Assembly (NCBI GenBank): GCA_024137785.1
Contig: JAHRHZ010000264.1
Span: forward strand, 16,705,946-16,769,945
Origin: Ginglymostoma cirratum
Lineage: Eukaryota
Direction: 5' to 3'
DNA: 64,000 bases
This document shows, in pieces, positions 25,055 to 37,500 of this stretch. The notes below the pieces were generated by a model. The model was not told the DNA's origin, did not search any database, and worked only from the letters and a program-made list of their open reading frames with translations. The translations under genes were made by a program, and so were the position numbers. Every line of letters begins with the position of its first letter. The first letter of the stretch is position 1.

Positions 25055-25067
25055 GTTGCTTAGCAAC
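25055..25067. promoter_or_regulatory. Palindromic RFX X-box-like site
   Basis: GTTGCTTAGCAAC. Confidence 0.45.
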
Positions 25068-28000
25068 GGCATTCAAGTGGAGATGAAAGAATATGCATTT
25101 TGTATTATTTATTGGTAAAACAATAGTAATAGAATAACTGTTTGCCTGGTTTACTTGATTGAGTGATTCTTTTAAAAACAGAAATCAAACCTTAAGATGT
25201 TTTCAGAAGTTGGGAACCGGATTAAGTTACAGGTCTCATAGATAAGGGAGATAATGCAGAATCTACAAAAAATTCTGCTGGGTTACGCTCCAGTATTCAG
25301 TAGCACATCAAATCGTGGGTATTAAGTTGGTGTCCATTCGCATTAGATTTATTTCCAAAAGTGGATTGTGGATGTGATTTCTGGTATGCTTGATGAATTC
25401 AGATAGTGTCGATCTCTCTCTGGTTGTTCCTTCCTATGCAACGTGTGTGTTGTTCAGACGCTTGCCTCTGCAAGGTTGTTGCAGATAAAACGATGAAAAG
25501 GAAGCGTGTGCTTGGCCAGACTGGGTGGGAATTGAACAGGTCACTCCATCTGGTGGGCCATCGTTTTTACTTCGAGCCTGAAATCTGGGTGTTTTGGGTA
25601 ACCTCCAGAATTGGACCAGTGAGATTTTGAAATAAAGCACTTAAAGTGATCGTTTCCGCTTTGTGATTAATCTATTTTTGCAATTCCTAAATTGCAGCGA
25701 CCTCTTTTTTACTGACTCCACCGTTCCTTCCCCTAAGTTTCAGAATGAGTGCTAAAGCCAGCATCAGAGTGAATGTCATTGATTACATAGCAACTTTTTA
25801 AAGATCCGGATTTAATTTGCCACATTCAAAGTTGAGTCATTGTGAGTGCATAGCTTATATTGTTGATGGCTCGGGCATGTAAGAACGAATGCCCGGCTGT
25901 CTATAAATTTAATAACTAAATTACTTCCTGTAACCATGAGATGCTACCTCAGTTATGTCGACTTATTCTGTTGCAAACATCATTAAGGTATACAACAGAA
26001 GTTACACGATTAATTTGCACTTTTCATTTTATGGCCAGGAATGTTTACTGGTTCTCTTGATTTATTTGCATCTCTGTCGTCTTCAAGTAATTATTAGATG
26101 GGATAGTGTAATCCATCTAGGTCTGAAGTGATACTGTGCAATTATACTCTTACAAACTACTTTCAAGAAAAAAAATTGTTGGAGTTCTTAGCGAATTAGT
26201 CCGCGGCTACTGTGGGATCAGCCGAGTCTCAAAGCATTTCCGCAAAGCTCTCTACAAAGGTAGGGAGTCCATTGTTCAGTATACACTGTTGCACCAGAGG
26301 GGAGTCAAACTGACCTTATACAGACTTTATTACAGACATTTAAGATATGATTCCGCACTCTATTGCTTGAATTAAAAGGCAATCTCATAATATTGATGCG
26401 GTGTATAGAGTTTCCGCTTCCAGTTTCGTAAAACCACATGGTTGGCTTTTAGTATCAAGCTGGCTCGTGTGGTTTCCACAACCATAATGTAAACCAAAAT
26501 CCTTAATGTTTCTTTTATCGTACACACCATCGATGGGTTACATCTGGACTATTTACCCAGTGGTCAACTTGACTTCAAATTATTATTGAAATAGAACAAG
26601 AAATGTTTTAAACATACGTTTTATAAATACTCCTCAGTTATGCTTCGCAGAGTCCTGATAGCTTATTTTTGTTGTAGTTGACTTTGTCCAAATACTTACT
26701 GAAACTTCATCAGTCAAATCATTTATTTCACCAAACAGAAAGGCACTTCAATATTTTTGTTAGAGCTAATTGTTCGATGGTGAGGTTAATTATCTATGCA
26801 GCAGAAATAATGGGAATCGGTTGTGTGAATATTCAATTATTTGCTGGTCTCCTCGGAGTAAACGCTGGTTATTTGGTCGATTTGGAAAATGGTGAGAAGG
26901 ACTAATATAAGGAGGACAAAGGTATCAAAGTTAAAACAATTCTGCCGAGAAAGACAAACGTGGCAGAATAAAGGCTGGGGGGATGAGAAGTAACATTTGA
27001 AACATCAAACCAACCCCGGGGAGGATTAACCCTTTTAAACAGAGATCTCAATTACAAATTAAACCATAAATGTTATTGTTTCAATGTTTCAGGGTGCCTT
27101 CATATGTTAAGTTCATCACAAATAATATTTTCTTCATGCAATGAAGAACTGGAAGGAAAATACTTTTACTTTTTATTGACCAGTAAATAAAATGCAAGAT
27201 TTGTATTTATAACACTTTACGCAAACAGTGGGTACTATCTGTTGGTGTTCTAATACGCATTATTCAATATGCACTAAAAAGGTGGATCTGGAAGTTTAAA
27301 TAGTCAAATTCATATATTGTTTACGATAAAATAAATGTCAATGTCTGTGATCACTACACCCTGATGATGTGTAGGGTTTGTGGAATGTGTTGTCCGGCAG
27401 AAATGCTGTCCTTAAATTAATGAGGTAGGTGAGCTTAGCATTGTTGCTGTTCGTCGTATTTGGCGGTTTTGTTTTGTATAAGCAAGAACTGTTATGAGGC
27501 TGCTATTTGTCAAATTGGAAAAGGTAACTTCGAAGTAAAGCGCATTTATTACTGGACAAAATAATTCAACAACGCAAATTCTTTCCAAAAATACATGTAT
27601 GCCACTGAATATAGTGCAGCATTCAACAACATATTCATGTGAATAATATGAATGCGTAAGCGTTTGATAATGCGTATGTATTCTTATATATAGTTGGACG
27701 TAACGTATGCAATAATAATCAGTAGGCCAAATTGTGCAGACACCTTAAGTGCATTCAAAAACATGCCCATTAATACAGATGTGGTACATATGAAAGCGAT
27801 ATGAAACACAGTGTAGTTACACACAGTTAGATGAGTCTGAAATCTTGTGTTTGCAATGGCATTGAGTGTAACAGTATGAAATGTATGAACAGATGTTGAA
27901 CAGCGCACTTTTTTCTTAGATTGTTCTTCGCCACAAGTCACACATGCCCTTTGCTTTTCCGTTCTAAGCTATTGAATTTCAGGTGACACCGTATGATTGG

Positions 28001-29179
28001 TCAAGTCTGAGTTGAACAGGTATGTGTAATTTTAAAAAGCATTTCGGAGTTACTTTGAATTTGGCTAGCCATATCCTCTAGGTTGCTTAATCTCAGTACA
28101 AAAAAGACTTAGGAATGAGTTGAATAGCAAAGTAGTTTTTGAGTGCAACCGAACTTATTCAGGAAATCATTTTGTTCGCAAGAAATTTAGCGATGAATTT
28201 GGATATGGGTAGTCAACACTGTTTCCTTAGCTTTGAATCGAAAACACTTCCAGTCTCTGACAGCATTACGTCTGGTTAGCACGAATGACGATTTTAGTTG
28301 TAGCTTAAATATACAAGAATCTTTCATCTGCTATGACTATAGTCCACAAATTGTTTTTAACAATTCTGTCAGCGCTCACGAAATCAAATGTGTTGACTGT
28401 CTTTATATCATTTCGGTTTTAAAATTAATTTGCTAGCTACACTCTTCACCTCGCTACATGTACTGTGCATCTAAACGATAAGCTATGGGAAGAAGCATTC
28501 CTCCGAGAGCTGACCCCTCCTCCGCCTTCTAGTTATGTATCTCAATTACAATGTTATTTTCCCAGTAATATTCTACTAATTAAAAATGTGCCAATTTCCC
28601 CTTTTCAACAAATCTTCTTTACTAATATTCAACGCGCCAGAATTTGGAGATTATATTTTATCCCTACTCGTTTTAAAAATTGTTTCAAATGGAAGAAGTA
28701 TCAGTATTTTCATAAGTTAATAGGTATCGGAATTAACCGTGATTGGTTGATGTCAATAGTTGGGATGTGAGCTGACAATTTTTATTTGCATTTTAACTCA
28801 ATTACTTTTACCAGCAGAATCACATAGCTAGTGTTTATTCTGTACGTACCAGATTACAGCACACGCAAGTATTCGGAAAAAATGGGTTTTACTCAGCCGG
28901 TAGTCCACGATCACATGTGAGTTTATCCAGGCCAGTAATCTCTGGCCTCTAAACCAAGCTGCGAGTTCAACCCTATGCACAGTTGAACTGATTGTGTCTC
29001 TGCTCCAGCGATCCCAGCAAACCTACAACACCTACACCTATCTAAAAATGTAGAGAATTGTTTAGGTATGTCCTGTTTTGACAACAACAAAAAAAAAACT
29101 CCAATCCATCGACAACTGATCCATCATGAATACCCTGAATTATCAACAGAAAAAAAAACTGTGACGGCAGGGACCACTA

Positions 29180-30135
29180 ACTGTGCAATCAACTCGCCAA
29201 AAACCTGGTCATCGATGCTCAGTTTGTGTTCCATTGGGTACACTCGGCTTCAAACCTCACGACAACCTTTGTCCAATCATGGAAAAAAGAGCTGAAGTCA
29301 AGAGGTGAGGTCAGAGTGACTGTCTTCACCATCAAGGCAGCATTTCATTATGTATGGTGTCAATGAATTCAAAATAAAACTGATATTTGAAAAAATTAGG
29401 GAGAAGTTCTGAACTGATTGGAATCATGCCTACCTCAAAGGTAAATGATTGTGTTTGTTGGATGTTAATCATCTAATTCCAAGGGCATCAGTTCCCTTGG
29501 ATAATGTCCTGGTTCCAACCATCTTTGGCTATTGCGTCAAAACCCTCCATCGCAAGCTCGGAGGTGGGAATGGTCCCTGGTAATTGTTGTGCTCAGTTCA
29601 ATTCACAGTTTCTGACATAATGTTGTCGTCTCTGCCTACATACACCAAGATCTGGACAAATTTTCGGAGGTTTGGACTGAGAGGTGGCAAGTATAATTTA
29701 CACCACAAGTGCCAGGCCATGACAATCTCTAAGAAGAGAGAAGATAACAATTTCCCCTTAACAGCACTGTCATATCTAAAATCCCCACAATCTACATCAA
29801 ACGGGTTATCATTGACTAGACACCTAATGTTCAGTCATACAATTAATAAGCTGCAACAATAAACCAAACGTTGGATATTTTGCAACTCACTTCCTGGAAG
29901 TGCATGGGGATACCATTATCTTCAAGTTCCCCGAAACGTCACACACCATCCTGCCTCAGAAAACTTCTTCATCCTCAGTGAGTCAAAATCTACAACTCCC
30001 TCCTTAACAGCCTTGTGATATATCTGCAGCACATGGACTACATCTGGTGAAGAGAGGAGCTGACCATCTTTCAAGGGCAATTAAAAACGTGCAATTACTG
30101 CTTGTCTTGTCAGTCACGCCGACACCCACGGATGT
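29180..30135 (+). mobile_element. Degenerate, internally deleted non-LTR retrotransposon (RT region plus 3' end)
   Basis: Translates to DAQF.F..G.SA..L...WKKELKSRGEVRVT...IKAAF..VW (RT domains); 'accacaagtgccaggccatgacaatctc' and the 3' end match 43795-44120 and 44951-45350. Confidence 0.75.
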
Positions 30136-31379
30136 TGTTTTTATTTTAAATTCAAGTGGTAGACTGCGCACAGTGTGTGCAGGCCATTTTTCTTTCGAAT
30201 CACCAACTGTATCTCTGTGACAATATCTTACAAAACAATGTCACCAATGACCGTAAACATACCAAACGTTTTAGAGGAAATTAGCGCCATTTAACACAAC
30301 AGCTAACTTGAGATTTTAAGCTCAGCGAGTTTATTTGAGAACATTCTGAATATACATATCTGATATGTGCCATTGGAACCTTGGACATTTCAGAAGGCAA
30401 GAAAATATCTTAGTATTAGCTAAAGTTGAGCATGTAATGATACCGAAGGTCAGCCGTTATACAACTATTGTGTTGTCTTTTTCATTAAATAATGAGTTGA
30501 ATATTATTAGAACGTTCAAACATTTTTTTCTCTTTGAAGAACATGTCGAATCAACTTCCCAATATGAATAGCGTTTAGTGTGTGAACGGAGGAACACAAT
30601 TAACAACTGCCCTTGAAAACAATAGGCTTCAATTCCAATAGCTCCAAACATTGTGACAGTACTCACGGGCACTTGGGTGAGCGTGTTTTGGAGTGTCCCG
30701 GTGATCACTCCGAAAATCTGAGATAAAATGGTTGAAAATCATCGCCCGGAAACCGGCCACATATCAGAAGTCAAGATATTTTGCAGTACGCAAAACTCCC
30801 AGTCAGACTGGTTAGAAACATAACATTCAGAAAGACGGTGTTCGAGGTGCCCTTTGCCCCCCTAGCGCCGCGAACCCGTATTTAGGTTTTATTTCCGATG
30901 GAAATGAGTGACCGGTGGCTCTCAGGAGTATTCAGATTTTCCTTTTCGTACGTAATGGTGCTGCTTTAACATACTGGGGTAACTTGGTTCATTAGCACAG
31001 GATATAAAATGAGGAGGATGGGTGTCTGACTAGATTTGCAGTATTATGTTAATGGAGATTTGTGAAGATACAGGACCAGGTTAATGCGACAGTTGGGCAA
31101 CAGCTTGTTGGGTGACGATGGAGAGCAATAGTCAATACGTTCTTTGTTAAGTCTCTTTTGTCCCATAAAATGACAGCCATGTGACCATAAAACTGACATA
31201 TGAAAACCAGACTTAAATCTGGAGGACGTGAGGCTGAATTGGAACGTCAGGATTTTTTTAAGTAGCATCTCTGCCGTTTGCCTTAAAGCAGAGATGAACT
31301 CAGTCACAAATAACCTACTCTTTTTTGCAGATTATATACGAAAGCCAATAAGGTAAATCTTTGAATCGTGAATATTAGC

Positions 31380-31740
31380 GGCACAGAAGGAGGTCGTTCG
31401 TCTCAAGTGTTATGGCGGCGAACAGTTTTACCCCATTTTCTAGTTCCTGGTTCCTAGCCTTAATGGTAATGGGCAATCCAAGCACATGGCGAAGTAGTTT
31501 TCACGTGTGGTTAAGTTGTTCTGCCTCCAGCCCTGTTAAAGACTTTGCACTTCACATCTAGTCCGCCGTCGGGGTGAAAATCTAGACTCATTAACTCACC
31601 TTGAATCCGTCGACCAATTATTTTACATCTATGCCTTGATATCCTGCTAAGGGAAATAGGTTTTTACTGTCCACTTTAGGCAAACGCATCATAATTTAAT
31701 CAATTAAATTTGCCCTCGGCTTCTTCTGTTCCAAAATCTC
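31380..31740 (-). mobile_element. Degenerate CR1 3' fragment
   Basis: 'gcacagaaggaggtcgttcg' antisense CR1 tail, followed by antisense ORF2 C-terminal sequence. Confidence 0.5.
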
Positions 31741-34063
31741 CACAAATGCAGAACCAGTTGCCAATACACGCTAGATTATCATGAGCCGTGCGCCCTATCA
31801 TAAGTATAATCCGACGAGAACCAATAGACCTTTGAATTGTTGCTAGAAATACAACTCGGTAGTTGGAATAATGGTTGGTTGTTGGTTTCTGTACAATATA
31901 CTTCTATAATCTAAAGAAATAATTGAATCATGAAAATTACACAACATTTATTGTTCAAGAAAAATCGATGTTGCTTTTGAAAAGTGAAGTCGTTTCCACT
32001 TGAGTTTGGAAGAACATAGCTTAATCGCGATCTAAGCAGCTCAACAGCACGTCGAGTAATTGGCAACAGTGAGTCTGGGCTCATTTGTAGGTTGCTGTTC
32101 TTGAATTAATCTCATTTAACCCATCAGTCCAAATGCACTTTGTAATGGGTAGAACCTAATTTAATACAAGATATGTATATGAAAACAAGTACATTTGAAT
32201 CATTCCCTTTCCTCTTCTCTCTCCATGCTTGCTTATGAGGTCTTATTCCAATAGAGAATATGTGCAGAGCGATGGGGGCAGAGTGTGCGTGTCAGTGTGT
32301 ATGTGTTCTTTTTGGGGGGGCGGGGCTTGGGGGGGTGCTGATCTCAAAGCGCTAGCATGGACACGATTTTCCCAATTCTGCTATGTCAACCTATGATTCA
32401 GTCGGTCTATGTCCATGTTACGACTTTGAGAAGGGGGGAGGGGGGGATGGTACAGTCAATGCCCTTCATCTAAGCTGAAAATGACCACTAAGAGAACCGT
32501 GCAAGTAGTCTCGCAGTGATACTTAGACAATTCTATACACCAAGTAACACTCAAGCAAACGATTTCTGAATGTATTAAAACGTGAATTGGTGTGTTCTAT
32601 TAATACTGTATCAAATAGCCATGTGATATAACATCTCAAAAATGTAATTGTTGACATTATTTACAGATTTATTATGTGTAAGAGATGGCTTCCTCTGATA
32701 ATTTGCTTAATTTCATCGATATTAATTTCCACAAGAATTGGTTGGTACATTACACACCAGAACTTTGCAGTCAGAATTGTATCTCGGGTCTGATACTTTG
32801 AGTGCTGTGTGAGGAACAATCCGTCTGTTTTGTTCCAACACTTTGGCGCAGCTATAAATGCAAATCGTTGTCCTGTCCCTAGATCTATACCAACTCTCTT
32901 CGTTCGGGGAAGTATCCAGCGGTGACAGTCACGCAGCGATAATTTTCCTTTCAAATACCCTCCTAGGAATGCGTTTGACCCTCTCGATACAGTAGCACGG
33001 TTGAGATAAAGGAGATGAAAGCTGTATGACAGCACTGCTAAGATTGTACGTGCGCATCATCAGACCATCTGTTTTCATTTTCCCCTAAAAATCCCTTTCA
33101 ACCCAACAAAATGCGATACCCACTAGCAGTGCTCTCATTATCATCAGGCAAACCATCGTGTCCCAAGCAACCGAACAGAAAATGTTCAGCTCCTATGTAA
33201 GATATAAGGTGGGCAATGGGAAGTGGTATTGTGTATATCGTGTGCGGGAAGATGTCGAAACAGTGTGGTGAATGGTTTATCTGTTGCAGGGCAAGTTTTT
33301 CTATCTGGTGTGAGTAATTGTGTTTCATACAGTATGACGAATGGTTTGATGTAGTGTGAAGAATTGCATCATTGATGATATACTTTGTATTAGAAGTACT
33401 GTTTGTACAGGTTCAAAACTTGTATTTGCAATATAGAAACACGTCATTTCGTCTTGATGATAGTCTTTCATATGTGGTGGGCTGTTATATAGTTAATATA
33501 AGATATGATTGTATAAATTGATGTTACAAGATATATGTGGCGAATTTTTTATGTAGTGCATGCTTTTGCATGCTTTTAAATGCAACAATATTACAATGTG
33601 GGCAATTACTTTACCTACAATGCAGGCAGTGATATCATGAAATAAAGTCTTACACAATATGAGGATTGATTTACAGCATGTGGAAATTAATATGTACAGC
33701 CGGTTAACGATGCTCGCTGTGTTGCGAAATTATAGCACTAATGGAAATATGTTATATGGTTTGGGAAACAGAGCTGGATCCATAACAGGGATACACACTG
33801 CATACTATACAAGGATTAGTTTGCGTCGTTGGAATTGCAACATTATGAGATATAATATGAGCAACACAGTAGCATAACTACTACAAAGAGAGAAAGATAA
33901 AGAATAGAAATTGTATTCTGTCTTATTATCACATTTTCTTTAGGGTGCCTGTATCAATCACCATTCCCGAAAGATCAAGTCAATTGGCCCTGTTCCAGTA
34001 TACTGCTAACAACACTGTCGAACATTACTGGAAATATATGCGAACCTCTGACATTATAACTGA

Positions 34064-34079
34064 TAGAGAGAGAGAGAGA
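34064..34079. repeat. (AG)n microsatellite
   Basis: Seen directly. Confidence 0.85.
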
Positions 34080-34344
34080 CTGTGTAACAATACAAATCGC
34101 CAAAAACGAACAATTGGTTAAAGTTCTCCGAATGAAGGGATTGGACTACTGTCATTTTATTCACTCATACATACCTGCTATTGTCCTTAAACTGCAGTGT
34201 GTAAGGACGTTCAACTTAGTATGTTGTGGTTTTGTGAAGTTTCATGAGTATTTTGAGATTTGACGAGTTACTGTGATAACAATGCACCTAAGATAACATG
34301 AAGTACACAACAGATGCGTCGGCAGACATTAGAAGGGGAGAAGA

Positions 34345-34550
34345 AGAAAACAAAGTGCGGAAAATTCACAACCAGTCAGGCAGCATCTGTGGAGTGGAAA
34401 CTGAGTTAACGTTTCAGGTCAATGACATTTAATCAAAACTGATGAAAGATTATCGAACTGAAATGGCAACGTTGTTTCTGCCTCTTCGGGTGTTGTCTGA
34501 CGTATTTTTCTGTTTCTATTTCAGATTTCCAGCATTCGCAGTTTCTTGCT
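34345..34550. mobile_element. Inverted pair of Penelope-like terminal-repeat fragments with back-to-back degenerate hammerhead cores
   Basis: Left arm (minus strand) reads ttgattaaatgtcattgacctGAAACGTTAactc; right arm (plus strand) reads CTGATGAaagattatcgaactGAAA...ttttctgtttctatttcagatttccagcattcgcagt. Confidence 0.65.
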
Positions 34551-37500
34551 TCCACCACCTGCGGGTGGTGTCGGTTGACCTGAACAAGCAACAATCAGTG
34601 CAATACTCAAATGTGTGTTACATTCACCAGTAACTTAGTTACTTCCAATTCATCTGCAAATAACCGGCAAAAATCAGTGCAAACACTAGTTGGAGTAATT
34701 TCACGTGAAATCAACATATTAGCATTGTGTTTTCTCATCAGTTGTTTTTTTATTTCCAACGTGTTTTATCAAAACATTACAACATCTCTGAAATATGTCA
34801 CAGTTGATGAAGGAGTGTTTTACACAAAGGCTCCCGATATATTAGAAGCTGGACACTTTTTCGGTTCTAATCAGTTGAAGGATGTTCGTGTTATCGAACC
34901 ACCCACTCGTCAAAGCCGCCATCTTTCATACCCTCTCAGAGGGATTTTCGTCTTGGGGCCCAATCAATGGAGAGTGTTTGCTGTGGTTTTGAAGACACTA
35001 AGAATCAGTCTGAAAACGATGACAACCTTTCCGAGAAGGCAGTTTATACTCATTAAGCGGTACTTCCGACCTGTCAATCCATGCATGGTTCGATTTCGGG
35101 TTCCGTCGTTTAAAGACCAGTTATTAATACATTCACCACCTAGCAGCCCACTCACCTCAGCCATTGTTCGTTTTAATGGAGTTCTGAACGCAACGACTAC
35201 CGTGTTTGGGCGCATTGCTGCCCCCTGCTGCTGAACGCAAAGTTTAAGCTGTAACAACCTCGTTCGCGATGAAAGGACTATTCGTCAGTCGCAGATGTTA
35301 AATTGATTTTTTTATATATATGTAGAGTATACAATAAGGCGATAGATGTTATTTGCAACACATCTACAAAACAATTTAAAGATATCTGTCATCAAGAGAC
35401 AGGCTCATTTTAAATTCCATTTGAAATTGGAAAATGAAAACAAGGCCAAGAAACAACATATGATTAATTAAATAAAAAGATGTGTAGTAACCAATCTACT
35501 GGGTTTGCGCCAAATAAACAATATTTGGATAGTGTGGTTTGTTGAGTTGGTCATAAACATTCAGTTACCACTTGCCTAATGGGGACTGCACTTTGCCATG
35601 ACATATATGACGGTATCTGCAAGACGACAAAAGCATACATTGGAATGATCTAATTAAGTTACTAAAATACACTGATAGTACACTCATCATATTGGTGGCT
35701 CTGCGTGGCATACAGTCAAAAAACTCGGTGTTGCAATGTTATGTCATGCATTCCATGTTACGCCAAGTTTGTAATGTGTATGTTTATCTTTCAGTCAGTC
35801 TACAAATAAAGCGAGAGTTGTATCACTCCATATGTACTAAATAAACATTACTTTCTGGAGGAGGATGCAAGAGGTGTGAGTTTCAAACAGTTAACGGAAC
35901 CTGAACATAGACTTCGCACAGCGTCACTTCAAAATCATTAATTTGCAACTCAAGTCAAAATCTGAAATGTGTCAGAAAAGGGGAACAAGAGACATTTTCC
36001 ATGAAAAACTCCTAAATATTACAGTGTGTTTAATTGCATGGCCGTGATGTTGAAGTATTGCATAGTCTACCTGAGGGTATTCAAACATCCCAGCAGTTTA
36101 TTAAGACCCACCAATCATTTCCCTTTCTGCTCGTGTTGCTTATGCATATCAGACAAATCAAAAACCCACCGTTTTACTCATTGCTTCCCGGATACATTCA
36201 TCCAGTTTTTGTTAATTCATTCAGTTGATGGTGTATCTATGCCTAGTCCGGTGGCAATGATACATGGGTTGCAATTTTAAAATCTACCTGGAACAAACGC
36301 TGGGAAATGTTTAAGGTTTTGGATTGCTCGGTGACTTAAGTGATATAGTTGATGTTGATCATCGGACTGTCCTCACTCTATTAGTGCTCTCTCCCGAAAG
36401 TATTGGGGAGGAGACTAGCTCAGGCCTCTGGCATGGCTCTACAATGCAAGATGCAAAGCAAACCTTGGCTTGTGCCTTGGCTTGTAAGAATAAAACTAGC
36501 CCTGATGTCAATGAGAGACTGTTTTAGTCCCCGTGCTGCTTTCAATCTTGTTTCAAATCTAATGTTTTAAATTCTATCTCCTTTAGGTTCTATTCGTCCC
36601 TCCCCACTCCAGTAAGTGTTCATGTCAGCCTCGATCATTGTGCTCTGCAGTTGACTTTTGCAGCTTCCCATGAGACTCAGTTCTGCATTCAATTTGCCCA
36701 CGAGCTGGTGCTGGCCATCAGTTGGCCACGGTTTGTGGAGTCGTGGATAAGCTCCACAGAGCACTTTCCACTCCCTGCTTTAAAACACACACGTACGGAC
36801 ACATCAAACCGCGCAGATTAGACCCCTCCGCATGCCTTCTTTGGAATCTCCACCTATCTCAGGCCCACATGTTATCATTTGGAAAACGCCAGTCTTGTAG
36901 CGCACTTATTGCATTGTCTCAAAAAAAATCCCTTTCGATCGCGCGAGAGATGATTGATGGGGACACGCTCATAAAATGCTAGCGGCTGCTCTCGTCAGGC
37001 GCTTGGCAGCGTCCATTCGGGGCGCGCTTGCCATCATTTCAAATAGCAGCGCATAATACTTTCACTTTTAACATATGGGTGATGTCGGTATGACAAGAAA
37101 GTCACGAGGATTTTCCTCCCGAGTCTTTAAATCTTGTCAAAGGTCAAACAAGACGTGTATTCGATTTATAAGGGCGTGAGTGAGCGTGGGGATAAACGCA
37201 GAGGGATTTATATTAACACATAGCATTTTATAGCGTGTCAGAGCAGTTCGTGCAAATCTCTGAGGCTGATAAATAAAGCAGCAGGCAATCAATGTTGTGT
37301 ACAAACAGGGAAGGACATTTTATCACCACTCAGCGCTCAAAGTGGGGGGATTCGGTGTTTTTTTTTAACGCAGGCGTTCAAAAGAACTGCATTGGATCGA
37401 TATTCATCATGAAAACATCGGGAAGTATGCAAATATAATTGCTAAACTGCACCACGTTCACTTGGTTCCAGAAACTGCAGCAACTCTGCTGCCCATTGTA

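Noticed and set aside
30855-30872. CTCF-like motif (gcccccctagcgcc)
   Set aside because: One C too many and a mismatch in the core; not supportable without a PWM scan or ChIP
34611-35234. 207-aa ORF, the longest outside POU3F3
   Set aside because: No recognisable motif, non-ATG (GTG) start, no exon context or codon bias; probably chance
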